NCBI GenBank assembly: GCA_023515725.1
Contig: JALDTO010000098.1
Location: 1,266,164-1,330,163 of the forward strand
DNA length: 64,000 nucleotides
Origin: Amoeboaphelidium protococcarum X5
Taxonomy: Eukaryota > Fungi > Aphelidiomycota
Reading direction: 5' to 3'
In this document: in pieces, positions 1-14,860 of the stretch
How positions within the stretch are numbered: the stretch's first letter is position 1
Layout: each line of letters begins with the position of its first letter
Position numbers and translations under genes: made by a program
Notes under the pieces: model-generated
The model's input: only the letters and a program-made list of their open reading frames with translations
Told to the model about the DNA's origin: nothing
Databases searched by the model: none

Positions 1-465
1 GAATTTGCGCATAATACTGTTGTCATCAACCACGGTGCTCATTCTCAACTACCAATACTCTCAATTAATAACACACGGAAAACGTCAATATTATAGAGCA
101 TAATATTTATTGACAAAACTTACTTCAGCTGAAGAGCCAAGCACGACACGCGGCCGAGTTATCACACCTTGCCCAGTTGATAGATTGACTTTAATCAAGG
201 ATCCTACTCAATAATAGTTATCACAGAAGGTTAATTAATACTCAGACTCGGATAAAATTCAGAATAATAGAATACCGTGTCCTTAGTTGATAACTTCACA
301 TTATGGCAGTTAATTAGGTTGTTTAACCACAGTTTAAATATTCTCAGCTTCAGAAGAAGCATATTTCACATCTTGTTGGGCCTGACTACCGCTGCAATAA
401 CGTCTTGAAGAGACAGAACACCTGCGACTGACATAACACTTGACCAAACTAGTACAGCTTTTCAT
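1..465 (-). CDS. 5' part of a probable mitochondrial protein, possibly AIM24-like; two short introns; runs off the window edge
   Basis: ATG at 465. Presequence-like MKSCTSLVKCYVSRRCSVSSRRY, then GHGSLIKVNLSTGQGVITRPRVVLGS after GT..AG introns (~206-276 and ~49-123). The AIM24 similarity is from memory and weak. Confidence 0.4.
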
Positions 466-992
466 TTTAAATGTATATATGTGAGGATAGACGGGAGTAT
501 ATATACCACGAAAATCTATACAACAAAGACTGATGATTTACAGGTATGAACAAAGAACAAAAATTCAAGCCGACAATGATTTGCGTAAAAGTATCACTAG
601 AAACGGCTCAATTGAACAATAATACTTGAAGCGCGATGACTCGACAGCTTACCGTCAAAGACCTCGCAATTGACTATCGATGACAGTAGAAGAACAGCTA
701 TTGTAAGAAGCCAGCGGGCTTAAGGGGAAACCAAATATATTCGCTGCAGACTGGCTAAAGTACCTAATGTTCACAGAAAACGGATACAGCGGCTTGGTCA
801 CTTACTCCATATACGCTTTACATTGATAATTGGGTAATGCTGCTTGGTATAATGGCCATTTATTGATTGATAGTTTTCATAAATACTGTAGTCGTGCTTG
901 AATTAAAATAAAATCAGCGAAAGCGCAGCAAGGGCACATTGTAAGTAAAAAACATATTTCAACAATTACCATAATAAGTTCTATTATAAAAG

Positions 993-2314
993 ATGACAAC
1001 GCCCGTTTTTAAAGATATATTGGAGGACGAATGTGAGATAAAAGTCCGCGTATATGGCCGCGAACAACACATGGATAACAGCATTGCAAGTGATCAATAA
1101 TCTACCGCCAGCTTATATCTGGAAGCCGAAATGCTCGAGAGGCAATCTCTGCTCTAGCCACTTGCCTAAGTGTATGCTGCGAGAAGATAAGAATTTGAAG
1201 AATTCGTACAAGGCCCTAGATGCACTATAGAAACACGCGTTGATATTGTGGATGGCTAGGCCCCTGGAAGCGTAAAGTTCATAAAAAATCCTGGGGCTTC
1301 CAAACTAGTCCATACGCTTTTTCATCCGTCCACATATAGGTCTGTGTAATCTCTTGGGTACGGCAGTGACGGCCTTGATGGTTTAGCATCGTTTCTGGGT
1401 GTTGGTGAGAACTGGAAAGCTGCAGCCGCGTATTGTGAGGCTGATACCCGAGTAATTTATCGGCTTAGTAGACTTCAGCAAAGTGCCAATGAGTCTTCAG
1501 CCATAATTTAAGTACGCTCGTTGATAGGATTTGCGGCTTGTTAAATGTTGAGTCAGATATCCTTTGTGAAAACTCTGCCGTCATTGGTGGAATTATGTGT
1601 GATTAATCTTATGATTACGGTTCAAACATGGACATATATTTTGCTTAAGGTCCGGGTAATAATCCTCAAACTCCTATTTACTTTGGCACTGAATTGAAAA
1701 CTCGCAATAGCTATCCGGATGGCCATCTCTAATCGCGTCTTGCTCAAGTTCTTGCTGCCGTATACTCTCTTAATGCACCGATATTATTGACAACACCGTC
1801 TCAATTTAAAGTATTTGTCGAGAATAAGGATAGAGATGCCATATTTACGTATCCGTAATATACTCCTAATAATGACGAATCTGAGTCTACTGCTTCAAGT
1901 CATTCTGATCATGTCTCTGGCAATCTAATTAAAGCACTTGTGATCCTTTTGTCGCGTTTGGGCAATGTTAAGAAGTTTCCAAATTCCGCGCGCACTAAGT
2001 CTGTGGTCTCATCAGCACCCAGGACACCGATGAAGTTATTGTATACAACGGCGAAGGATACTGTGTAAAAGTTGGTGAAGAAGTTAGATTTCGGTGCAGG
2101 GCGTTAGAAAGCTATAGATAGTAGTGTTGTTAAAACTCCTCGATTTATAATTGGAATTAATGCCGATGGATCTCCTCAGTACTAAGAGGTTAGGGTAGCT
2201 CCCCGTGATATAGCTGAAAAACTTATGGAAAATGTCGAAGAATAAGATGATCTGTAATTTGAGTCTGCTTTAGACTCTTCCTCCGTCGATTGTTATAAGC
2301 TTTCTAAAGGTTGA
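993..2314 (+). pseudogene. PD-(D/E)xK restriction-endonuclease-fold protein (Crinkler CR-REase-like), one frameshift near 1520
   Basis: With TAR=Gln, the first frame runs from ATG 993 to ANESSAIIQVRS. A -1 frame continues DRICGLL...NMDIYF...FGTELKT...RLAQVLAAVY to TGA 2314. The NE, D, ExK and AQ motif order fits REase-fold effectors. Confidence 0.45.
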
Positions 2315-2830
2315 AGTCATATTGTCGGGTGAAATATGAGACAAGATGTACAGTAGTTGAATACTAAGTATTGTTGTCGTTTAATCATATATTACCAAAC
2401 CTTGGCTTGAGATGTCATCATAGTCCGATGACGGCCAAACTGACACTTGTACACTGACTGATGAAACTGTTTAAGTATATGCCTTGCATTACAGTATGAG
2501 AGGATAGCCTTGCGCGTACACTGAATTAGACTTCCCTGTTCCACTCTTTTGTAAACTGATTACGCCAACGATACCTACAAATAAATTCATTATCTTTAAC
2601 AAATTGAGATAGTTATTAATTTAAGATAAAGCTTTAATTTATAATTAGAAAGAGAAGCCGAACTCAAATCTCATCCTTATATAGTGTACACGCAAAATGC
2701 TCTTATGCTAAAGCTCTTAAATCGCATGATTGGCGCAATTTTACGATAATGAATGGCAACCAATCGTTTTTACGCACGATATAGTTTGCGACTATTCTTT
2801 GTTAATACTAAATGTTAGTGCAACCCCTAT

Positions 2831-2920
2831 TTTTAGAAGCAAGTTGTAGATTATATTGAAGAGACAAGTTGTGGATTATATTGAAGATTTTTAGAAGCAA
2901 GTAGTGGATTATATTGAAGA
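2831..2920. repeat. Three imperfect tandem copies of CAAGTTGTGGATTATATTGAAGA
   Basis: Read directly; lies just downstream of the ECM29 stop codon. Confidence 0.85.
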
Positions 2921-2942
2921 TAGTGCAGTTTCTACAGTAACG

Positions 2943-5900
2943 TCATTGATTTGATAATTAAGATACAGCATCGTTAATTTACTGCTTCAACATCAGACTA
3001 CTTTCTTACGATACCGCTAACTAGAGCAATGTACGACATTGAGCAATCTATTCTTCGGACAGTTTAGATTATCCCATTGCCAGTAAACCACGAATAACAC
3101 CGAGGGATTACTCGCGCAAGGTCAAGTGTTTGGAGTTGGTTAAATGCGCGCTAACGCTTTAAATCACATTCATAATCATTGAGCCATCAAGTGCAGCTTT
3201 CAATCCACGACTTACTTGCTAATTAACGTATTGCAATAATTCAAAATGAACATCCCATTTAAAGCTCGAATTCTACAAATCATTGCACAACAAGTTGACA
3301 ACAGGCTCACTATAGGCATATTCATAGCAAAGTAATGCGACAGCGCATTTGAATGAAAATACTACTAAATCACTAAAACTGCCAGATTAAACGTCCATAT
3401 CATCAACATTGGCGCTTTAATTTTACTACTATTAAACGTCAGAGCATAGATCAATTACAGATGGAATAGTTTAGTTTGATAGCATACCAGAAGAGAGATG
3501 GAACTCAAGACTTTGATACGCAGAGGTTCGATACTAAAATCCACCTCGAGAACATTCTTTCAACAACAATTACTCGTAATCTAAAAATTACTTACTGTTA
3601 GACGATAAACCAACTTTACACAATAGTTAAGCAAGTGCCAAATGATACTTCTCTTTTCCACTAAATATCGGGCCAGACAAATTACTAACTGTTAACTCGG
3701 CCAAGGTACTCGAAGTATCTGAGTCAAGGAACTTTGATTGCTCCAACAGTTGGGCGATCACAGAACCAGCCTGAGCGCGCATATCCCACTTTGTGCTTGT
3801 GCCAGCTATTTTCAATATATCTACCAGATCAGGAGTGCAGCTATTCAGAGCTCCTTCGACAGACACAGATTAATCATTCCAAATTTATTTGAACAACTGA
3901 GACTTTTCTAAATGAGCATCGCCCATTCCAAAGTAAGTCAAAGCAGTTAGAAGGGGATGAGATTAGACACAAAGAGAGGAGTGTTTAGATATCTCCAAAA
4001 TGCATAGAGACGCGCCATGCTTACTTGGAGTAGAATCACGCTCGACATACAAAGTCTTCAAATGCTTTACAAATTTCTTTTATACGTCCAGTGAGCAGTA
4101 CTTGAACAAATAACCGACGCATACTGCAACTGACTATCTCACAATATCATCATTATCCCCAACTGTACCACTCAGAGCTTTCAACAAAGTATCCAGCGAA
4201 GACTCGTGCGACTTTACAATATTCTAATGCTTCAACACAATAAATTGAATTACCCGAAACGTTCCCACCTTAGTAGGTAATCCAACGCCACGTCTGACCA
4301 AATCAGCCAACTTTACAAAGACCTCATCTGCATTTTCATCGACTAATGCACCTGCAGCACACTGCTCAATAATGGTCATAAGAGACGACTATTTAACAGC
4401 ACTAGATCTTGCAGAATTCAATTGCTACTCAGTAATACCATACTTTTCAGTGTGGAAAGAGAGATAATTAACCTGCTATGGCTCAAGTTCAGTCAGCTTG
4501 GACACTAACAAATGTATAATCTCTGCACAATATAGACACAGAAGCGGCGAAACCTACTTGCAGAGCTAGCGTAACGCGTCCAAGCATACTTTTTGAGCAT
4601 CCGCAGAGTAGTTATGACCCAGAGCTTTGAGCAGAAATGGGAGTAAAAGACTAATTAACCGCTTCTTTTCATTAAGGGAGACAGCTTCGTCACAGATCTG
4701 TTTAACGCAAACACTGAGCAGACACTTCAAGATTCCAAAGGCAGCTATGCGCACACTCTCCTTATCGTCCTCAAGACATACAAGACACATGGACCATATT
4801 TAGTTTAGATACGGAGAGAATGAGTCAACCGAGTGCATGATCAACAAATCCTGCACCGCAAACGCTGAGGCTTCTCTCAAACGCCAAGAGTCACTTTATA
4901 GTCCATGAATCACCTAATTAACAACGTCAGAAAAAAACTACTAGGTAATCTTTTACTTGCTTTCAAAAAGATTATTCCACAAACGTTTCATCGCCTACTT
5001 TACTTGGTTATTCGCATCAAAAGTCATACAGTACAACTTTGGTACCAATTGAGGTTGGCAATTCAGTAGACGAATCCTACTCTGATTAAGCATTTAACCA
5101 ACTAATAATGAAGAGCTCAAGTTAGACTACAAACCTATCGGATCACTTGATAAAGCAGCTAGATCAAAGAACATATGTGACGCGCTGATATCAAGTGAAA
5201 ACTGCACAAGTTCTCTGATAACAGCTAAAAATGAAGTCTTAAGCTCAAACTTGGACAATTTACTGACGAGTGGACTAGGACGATCTGCAGCCTTGGTAAG
5301 CAGAACTTAAATTTGATTAAAAAGATCTGATTACTCAGACGAGTCAACCAGATTGTTATGTAACAGAGAGAGACCAGTTAATGATAAATCTGCTAGCTCT
5401 CTAATGCCAGCCAGATGTAATAGCGACTATAACAACTCAGTCTGCAACTCCTACAACTACACTCTAGGAGCAAAGCGAGCTAAGGCAAGCATAAATATAA
5501 GCATTGGTCGCTTAATAGCTGCAGTTGAAGATTCACTGGTGATGTGCTAATCAAGAACCTTCACAATTTGAGATTGAGCAGTCTCACTGACTATGGTTCT
5601 GCCCCATGATATTGGACTGAGAGTATCACCCTTCTCATCGCAGTATATTTAAAACTATTGAGCATATCTAGACTAATGACCGAATAGAGCAGATATCATC
5701 ATGCAAGACCATTTGTATAATAAATCATCGTCTTTATTCCACTGATTGACCACTTTTAAAGTTTCTTCCATTATTTTGAGACCCATATCAGTGCTACTAA
5801 AGCAAATCGATAACAATAAATCAATATGAGCCATCAATAAAGAAGTATTCTCTGTTACTTTTAATTGAGTTAAAGTAGTATCCACTATTGCACTAACGGA

Positions 5901-8333
5901 AGCAAGATCACCATCACTCATTCCAAATCGCCAAGATTCAGCCAGTAATGTGATATTATCAGCACTATAATTAGACTTCATATTATCAGTCAGAGTGCGA
6001 TTGATGGATTAAAATAACAAACTGTAGTTCTGTTATACCAATTCTACGCCATACATATACACCAGATTCCGGAACGCAAAGACTTGTGTTCTTTCAGAGA
6101 TTTGAGCGTTACTTTACATACTTTTGAAGAAATCAATCCCTAACACAGCTATTACGTGACAGAAACATAAGGACAATTTAGCGCATACTTTACCATTAGA
6201 TTTAAATTTGCGTTCAATATTTAAGAGAACTTCAATGATTTTCATAACGGCAGGCAATAACTCTCCATTACGCAGCAACAACAGCAAGTAGAAGGAATCT
6301 AGAACTGCAACAACAGTAGCTCCACTGTGGCGCTCATCAATAGATGTCAATATGGCTGAAATAAAATCAGATACGCTTTAAAATTGCTGACGGATGGATG
6401 CATTCTGATTCGAACTAATGAGAGATCTTAGCCTTTGAATATCTTATTCATTCGATTCCAAAGTGCTTAAATTCAAATCTTCCAATAGAACACCATCCTA
6501 CCCAAACTAACATTGGCTCAGAACAACATTTTTATCCACAATAAACAGCAGAAGCCAGATAATCAATTAAGATGCCTGACCAATGGCTTTATGCTTAACA
6601 GTTTCACTAACACCATTATCTTTACTATTCAGATTCGCATCATCATTGCTAAAAGTCCGACTTAAAACTTACAATACTGAAGGTACATCGCATTTAACGT
6701 TCTTGGCAAACTTTAAAAAGTTCAAAGAGATTTTAACAACTTCCGCATTGTCATCCACAGTTCCCGCAACACCAAGCAAATACTTCTTATCCGTGGTGTC
6801 TTCAAATATTCGTTCAGCTAGCCGAAATGCAGACAATCTGACATTTTCGTTCTCACTCATGCAATACCTGGTAGATATCGTATCCTATAACTCCTAAGAA
6901 TCTTCTACTATCTCGGATATTTGCGAGATTGACAACATAATCTACTGCTTCAAATCCTTGTTGGCAATACTTAATCGATCAAAGCAGAGTTGGATAAAAT
7001 CTTAAATACCTTTAGAATCAATAACAGACTTTTGATCACCCAAAGATCCGATTTAAGCAATGATTTAGAATGCAAATCCAAGCAAATCTTCCCCAACTTT
7101 TGCATTTTCATTCTAGAGAATACCCATAGCCATTTGGTAAATACTTTGTAATACCGCAGAGTCTTCACAACCACTAACAAAGTGGCGAGCGAATGCAACT
7201 ATAGACTGAAAGGCTTTATCATTTCCCCTGATTAGCCCGTCATCTACCAGCATTTGAATGACATTAACAGCTATCAAATACTATTCTTTTGCAATTTTAA
7301 ACCGACACAGTTCATTCATGAGTTTTACAAACAACTAAGTGCTAATGCGACAGAAAGCATCTTCAAGTCCCTGAGGCCGTTAAGCACACAGACTCAACAT
7401 CTAACCAGTGACCACCGAATAAGATTTTAATTTGGCCAGATTTCTCTTTCTGTACTCTTCGCACAGAGCTTATACTTCATGATTGCCATCAATTGACCCG
7501 ATTACAGCAATGACATAGTTCATCTGCTGAGCAATAAGAAGATTATCATTCATCACATCATTATCATTACTTTTACCAACACCATCAGCGGACTAAATCT
7601 TGAATACATTCGACAAAAGTTTCAGTTTAAGATTAGTCAAATGTTGATAAGATCGATCTATTCCATTGGCTTCTCCGTCAGTGATCAGATTAACATCACG
7701 CAAAGATAATCCATCAGGCTATCGCGTAATTTATAACTATTAACCTTGAGAATTAAGCAGGCCCCTCGTCGAGGCATTTAGAGCTATTTGTTACATAGAA
7801 GGTAGCCTCACCTTATAGTACATGATAAAAACAATGAGCCATCTGAACAGATGTTCCAAATCAACCTTGTCAAGAGCAAAATCGTTGGAGAACAGCGCGG
7901 ATAGTTCAACTGAGGGATCAGCACATAAAGAGTGCAATACAATAATTCTGAATAGCCTATTTCTCAAAGAACTATCTGCAGATGACAGTCCTATGACAAG
8001 CAGAGGTAATAACTTTTACTTGAGAGTCGAATCAATAACTCTATTCCACCCAATGTCCACAAATATCAGACTAATACTCTTCAGCAACAAAGATTTTCCC
8101 TTTGCATAAAGCTAAACTAACTAAGCCAGAGGCAAAACTATGCTGTTATTGAGTCTGGCTTTCAAATGGTCAACAATAGAAATGACTCTATCCCTGACAG
8201 CTTAGTCTTCAGAATCCAACTTCAGAAGCATCGCAGCCAAAAACTGATTAATGCACACCTACAACTTCTCATTCGTATCGGCCAGAGCAAACTTGAACTC
8301 TACTTGTTCTAACAACGAAAGATCTGCAGACAT
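2943..8333 (-). CDS. ECM29: Proteasome adapter/scaffold Ecm29 (HEAT repeats), ~1796 aa, single exon
   Basis: N-terminus MSADLSLLEQVEFKFALADTNEKLQVCINQFLAAMLLKL. Five ORF-track fragments share this frame. Length is a multiple of 3 and it ends in TGA. Confidence 0.9.
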
Positions 8334-8639
8334 ATTAAAAAGAGGTCTATATGATAGCTTGATGAATAACTTTTAGTGTGATAACAACTTCAACTTGATT
8401 GTTTATCAAAGCAGAGAGTGTTGAGAAAGGAAGAAATGTGAATCGGAACGGATTGAGTTGTGCTACTGACGGTCAAAGGCCTCGCGAGTTCAAAGTCAGT
8501 CTAAACGCGTCTCGTAAGGAATGTTAAGCTACCGGTTCTGAGCTGAAAAGGTGTCACATGCAGATGAGATAAATGAACTTTCGAGCCTAGATTGAAACTT
8601 GTAATGTCAATGCAAAATTAGAACTGATGCGGAACATAA

Positions 8640-10094
8640 TCACTTTCCCTACTATTTATTCATGAGTTTATCAACATACTTGAGCAGGAAATTGTCACAG
8701 CCATAATCGGCAATCAACTGCACCGATTTCCATTCATCCTGACGGGGAGGAACTGAGATAGACGGAAGCCCGGCAAGGCTAGATGGCGTTGTGAACACAT
8801 CATTCAAATACTCATCTACACTAGAGGATGATTTCGACGATGATGAGGAGGTGCGATTACCACCATTCACGTTCTCAATCAAGGGAGGATCACCTATGCT
8901 CACCGGCGTGAGTAATATATCCACCTTCTTGAATGCTTCTGAGTAATCTTGCGCAATCAGCCGCCTCACTTTCAACGCATTCATATAAAAGTCGTGATGT
9001 TCTGCTGAACTGGTCACATAATTTCCAAGTAAAATTCTTCGCTATACTTGACTTCCAAAATACGTTGATCTAGTCTCAGCAATCTCTGCCTGATACTACA
9101 TATCCGATTTCTATGTCCTCTAACCGAATCTTATTCCGTCATAACGTGCTAGATTACTAGCTGCCTCAGAACTAGCAATGGTATAGTATGTAGACAACGC
9201 ATATTTGGTATGAGGCAATGATACAGGTACAATATTCAAATTTAACTATTCAACATCATGCAATAATAGCTCATAATCAACTTCAGATGGAAAGTACTCA
9301 ATAGGTATACCAACTTTAATAACGGAGGCATTATCATCTGTGTCAACTTCTTATTGATTGAGACGAGAACATAGTAGATCACACTTTTATTTCAAAAGCG
9401 ATCTGCTTTCAACCGTTAACGAAGTAGGATCTTAAGAATCGTATACATTCATTACATTAAAAACACGGTCGATAGTGCTGATATCTCTTGCGAAAATGCC
9501 AACAGTGTCCAGCGATGACGCGTACGTGATCAGTCCCCAACGCGAGAGCATACCATAAGACGGTTTGAACCCATAGACGCGACAATACGCAGCAGGTAGA
9601 CGTGTTGATCCACCAGTATCAGTTCCAAGGGCAAAGTCGCATTACTCAGTACTTACTACCACTGCAGATCCACTACTTGAGCCACCGGCGACCCGCTTTT
9701 GATCATGAGGATTGCGGGCGGGTGGACTATAACTATTCAAACCATACGAACCCATTCCAAACTCGTCCATACTTGTCTTTCCAGTGCATACCGCGCCGTT
9801 CGCTTTGAGCAACCTAATCACTGTAGATTCAGTCTAAACGGGTGGATTATAATTTGCGAGAAATCGAGAATCGGCACTAGATGGGAACTCTGGCGTACAA
9901 AATGAATCTTTCGCCATGAATGTCATTCCTTTCAGTGGTTGGCTATCATCATCATCCAAGTGGTGTTATATTTGTGATAATACATCTGAGCGCGACTTAC
10001 TATGCAGGACAGCATTTAGCGACCTATGTCGAGATATCGATTCAAGTTATTTCGAGATTTTCTACATCATCATCTGTAGGCGATTAACTTTCAT
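8640..10094 (-). CDS. HER2: Mitochondrial glutamyl-tRNA(Gln) amidotransferase subunit A (amidase family)
   Basis: [42 protein letters not shown] and [11 protein letters not shown] motifs. Confidence 0.9.
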
Positions 10095-10191
10095 GCAAGT
10101 AAAAGTAGATAGATCGCTGCTGTCAAAAACTAGTTTGAACTTACTGAGATTTTATCGATAAACAAAATATCAAATTGAATCATTATATCAT

Positions 10192-11433
10192 TCATTAAGC
10201 TTGCTGAGACTATGTATCAGCACTTCTAGCGGTACTCGCCACTAAACCATTAGGAGGAGGTATTTAAGATACTGCAGGAGAATCTTAAATTTCGACCCAT
10301 CCTAAGATTTCTGCTCGACAGGCAACGCACTGAGTGACGCGTGCTTATTGTTACTACACTTCCAAATGTCCATCATCAGCTCTTTACGCGACTTGTTATT
10401 GAGGAAGTTTAAAGCAATCAAAGCACATACAATTATGTCTGCAAGGAAGTGTTATTATTCTGGCATAATCTGAAAGACAGACAACGCACTGGGGCAAGTT
10501 TATAGCGGTCCCCTTGTTATCAAGAGACTATAGCGATTTCATAGACTGAGATGAAGATATGAATATGTCCTCTAATAGCAGCCATTGTTCAGTCTCATTA
10601 TCCTGTATAAGCATTTACTCATGCTGTAAATTGAATTGGACATCATTGATTGAAGCACTTCTCCGCCGTTCTTCGGGATCCGCGTCTTGTCGCAACTGCC
10701 CTTGAGCAATAAATACTATCTAAAATCGCGTGTCCTTAACAATTTTTAATTCTATAAGACTTGTTACGGATGAATTATTTTCGATCCTCTATTACTATAA
10801 TGGAATACTAATATCATTGACTCCTTGTTTTAGTTGAAATTTTCGCGAACTTTAGGATTTAGTTTACTACAACTCGACTTACTCTTGACGATTGTCGGAT
10901 GACTTTTAAATGTCCAGATTATTACCATTAGAGTTGATATTTTACTACTTTATGAGGATCTATTCAATTTCTTTTAGCGTAATATCAGAATGAATTACAT
11001 ATTCAATTTCACAATCTTGTATAGATTGACATTGAAACTGTACATGATAACTCTAATCCGGTTCATCTCCAACAGCTTTAATCTAAAAGGTATTCTTCAC
11101 CACCATAAAAGGACATTGCAGAGCAGGGCAGTTTAATGACGGTATCGGAATAGAAGATTTCCTCATAGAATTTAAATGAAATGCTGATAGTTGTTCAAAA
11201 TACTAGTACGGCAAAGATATCCCAGATATCAAATCACTCTCAAACTATAACGGTGTATACTTGTTACGGAGATAGAGCCTCTCTGCAAAGTTAATGCGAC
11301 GATTATCCACCAACTTTCGATATACCATCATTATCAGAAAGGTGACTATTAGCGATGAGATAAACTAAGTCCAACTACTATTATTCATATCAGACCAGAG
11401 AACGTCATTCCAATTATACTTTGAACTCGCCAT
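10192..11433 (-). CDS. N-terminal TM + C-terminal RING finger protein (CGRRF1-like E3 ligase)
   Basis: Hydrophobic FISSLIVTFLIMMVY, then CVVCLSDYARIITLPCRHNCMCFDC...CVACRAEI; 413 aa. Confidence 0.75.
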
Positions 11434-12024
11434 ACTAAGTGTTTTTAAACGTATCGTCTATTGTTTTGCCAAGAAGTTAGTGCACTGTAGAAGAACTCTT
11501 GTTTTCACTGCGCGTCAATGAGCGATATATTTTCCTAGAGCGTTTGTTCCTGACAATTTTAATTATTTTCCATTGAAAAGGTATCACGAAAGCTATGTTG
11601 TTTCAACACTAATAACGCGTACCGTTCCGTTCCGTGTAAGATTGGCTTCTATTACAGATACCCTGTAAAGAATCTCCTTTTTTATTAAGAACTGTTTGGA
11701 ATAATTAATAAGAAATCTTTTATATAGCTTTGAATTCAGGGCATATTGTAAATATTTAAGAAATGTGCGCTCTCAATAAATATCTGTTAGTAAGCTGCCA
11801 CCTGTGAACAATTACATCCATCCAACAGTGTCGTTGTTTGACAATTTCAATTCGGACGATCGTTAACAGTGAGAAACAACAACAACAACAACTTTCATCA
11901 CCAAACAGACGCTAGCCCCTTATTCCTTCATATTCGCTGCTTTATTCACTGGAACTTAATTCCTGATTTTTAGTACTGTGTGGAGTAAAAAGAATTAAAT
12001 ATCAACTGTAACAATAATTTAAAG

Positions 12025-12474
12025 ATGCCTGTATCAGAAGATCAAGTTACCGAGTACAAGGAAGCTTTCAGTCTGTTCGACAAGAAGGGAAATGGTACTA
12101 TTGAAGCTGGCAGTCTGGGAGATTTGCTGCGCTCTCTGAACCAGAATCCAACTCAGAGCCGTTTGAGTGAGCTGGTGCAGCAGTTTGGTGGCGACAAGGC
12201 CTCATTGGTCAACTTTGATCAGTTCCTAGCCCTGGTCACCAGTGGAGAGGAATTCAAGCCATCTGGTACTTTGGAGGAGTTTGTTTCCGCTTTCCAAGTG
12301 TTTGACAAGGAGAGCAACGGATCTATCAGCAGTGGTGAGTTGCGTTATGTTCTGACATCTCTTGGTGAGAAGTTGAGCGATGCCGAGGTTGATGAACTGT
12401 TGAAATGCGTTGAAGTTGACAAGAATGGATTTGTGAATTATGAAACCTTTTGCAAGACCATTTTGGGTGCTTGA
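12025..12474 (+). CDS. Myosin light chain (EF-hand, Mlc1/Cdc4-like)
   Basis: [27 protein letters not shown] and [14 protein letters not shown] motifs. Confidence 0.9.
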   Translation: MPVSEDQVTEYKEAFSLFDKKGNGTIEAGSLGDLLRSLNQNPTQSRLSELVQQFGGDKASLVNFDQFLALVTSGEEFKPSGTLEEFVSAFQVFDKESNGSISSGELRYVLTSLGEKLSDAEVDELLKCVEVDKNGFVNYETFCKTILGA

Positions 12475-12645
12475 TTTGATTTGACTACTGAAATATATAT
12501 ATACCTGTTGGTGTTTGTATGTCATGTTTTGGTGTTTATTTCATTTGAGATGGCTACTTTATTCTAAAACAATATACTAGTCACTATAAAGAATTGAATG
12601 CATACCATCTTTGAACCAATTACATTACTCTATGCACGGTAGAGA

Positions 12646-13578
12646 TCACAAAATATTCAAGAATCTAATCTCTTTCACCATCCATTACTGGTCAGAATGC
12701 TTTTAATCACGTGAGCTTTGTAAGGTAATGAGCATCAAGTTACCATCTTTGAGTGAGCCTGGATTGAGGACACTGATATTACCAATTTACTATCTACCAA
12801 TACCATAATGAGTGTGACCATGAATGTTCAAACAGACTGACGATTGAACATACGAGTCCATTAGATATTGATTTAAGGCAAATGAGCCAGAGTTGATGCG
12901 CGAATTTTAATATAGAGGTTACCGATTAATGTCTGTGGTGCTAGCATAAGCTGGTCCGCAATGTGTCATCAGAATAGTATTTCTTCCACCATGTCCACCT
13001 TAGTGTGATATTTGCGATTGCTATTAACTTAACAAAGATCCCAAATCACTGCTCATCCACTCTTCCGGATGATGATGAAATTTGTACGGATACCCATCCC
13101 ATTCAAAGTAATTGAAATCATGATACTTATATCCAGGCGTAGATCCTCCGAGTCCAGCTATATACAGCGACGCATCTTTACAATGTGGTGGTGTGATATC
13201 AAGTACTCTTCTATGAACGCTGACAACATTCCTGAAGTGATGACCACCACGCATTGAATCCACCTAATTATTACCATCACTACACACTCTAAACGCGGAC
13301 TCGACATCATGATTACCAGGAATCCAATAGAATTTAATGTCATTGACGCATAGTTGTTCATCTATATACTCTAGCATTGTATAGAGCTAAGTTTCATGTT
13401 GGTCAATCTCGCGTTGGCTAATGTTTGCTTTATCATGGTACACGTTCCCCAGATCTCCTGGACAGAGAATCATGTCATACTTCAACTTGTTATCCAGAAT
13501 AAAGTCCTTCAATCGCTGGAGATTCTACATGGAGAAGTGAATATCAGACATTACCAGTATGGTGATTGCATTGACCAT
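12646..13578 (-). CDS. Calcineurin-like metallophosphoesterase
   Basis: SDIH, PGDLG, PGNHD, MTHCGP, HGHTH and NPGSL motifs; 310 aa. Confidence 0.88.
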
Positions 13579-14860
13579 TTTTATAGCCTTGGTATAGAAT
13601 AATATATGGAAATTTAACTGATCTGCTAAAGGGAAAACCAGATGGAACTTGTTTTAACTTGTCTGATCTCTAAACACGATAATGTTGATATCAATCAAGT
13701 TTCCATTTTAATCAATAAGAAGCTGATGATTAATTGGAAGACTTTTTTCTCATTAGGCAGCTGGGTTATGAGGTTCAGTAATAGTAGGCCAAATGTAAAT
13801 TGCAATGGTTGCATTTATGATGTACGTTTCAACTGCAAGGTGCCAAGTCGAGGCAAAGTTGTCATATTTGACGATTGGCGGTTGACTACGATTTGTATCA
13901 TCTCTATGAGTTGAGTGTCGCGTAAGTTTGCCGTGTTAGTATATCCAAGTATTAGTCTCTGCTTGATTGATATAAAACGGCGTAAAAAGGCATATCTTTC
14001 ATTTTAAGATGAAAAATAGTGTATGAGATTAAAGTGATTAGCGTGAATTATGAGTGAACACAATAATATTGCTTCTACATCGCCTGTCTGAGTGTCTGCA
14101 TCCCCAATGAAACTGTAACAATACTCATTTCCAAGAGTCTGAATATAATTCTTACTAACAGCCGCCACAACATTGGACTCATAATGTTCCAAACAAGGAT
14201 GAGGACTGAAAGTTGATTAGAAATACCGCCATCAAGCTGTTCCCCGGTGATCGCCTTGATCAAGCTGCTTTCGCTGAGCTTTGCGTGGCGCTTACTGCAA
14301 CGGACTGTTATCGTTTTGCATTCAATGAAAGCCATGGGTCAAGGATGTAACGTGTCCCTTTTGGTATTCGATTATTATACTGTAGTGATTAAAATAGAGA
14401 TTTATTTACACGAAAAAGAGTGTTCACCTGATGCGATTGCTAAACGTGTCAGTATCCAATAACAGTTATTAGGACAATTCTAGAATACAAGAAAGGCGAA
14501 AATTGTGGCGGATCAATCATTCGTGCACCAAGTCCTTTTGAAATTTTTTATCCATAAAGTATTTGTATGATAGTTAGTCTTATTTTAAATACGATTATCA
14601 ATGAGATTCTATATATTTTTACATACTCTTCAATACAAGTCAATAATCTAATTACTCGTTTACTTTATTGCCAATCTTCTGAGCTTGTCTCAATACCGTC
14701 ACAATACCAATAACTCCTGAGTGGTTTTAAGCTGCGACCATCCTCATTGATATCACAATGAAATGATGACTGGTCGTGTCACATCTCATCATTGCATTGT
14801 ATTCAATGCTTACTGACAGTGTTCTAATTCTTTCATCGCAATACTGATAATCATTTGAAA

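Noticed and set aside
2831-2920. Repeats as a CRISPR-like array
   Set aside because: Only three copies, with 2-10 nt between them and no unique spacers.
13640-14460. Short ORFs upstream of the Fanzor, as a possible transposase or serine recombinase
   Set aside because: No DDE, HUH or serine-recombinase motifs in the frames I read; possibly a decayed gene.
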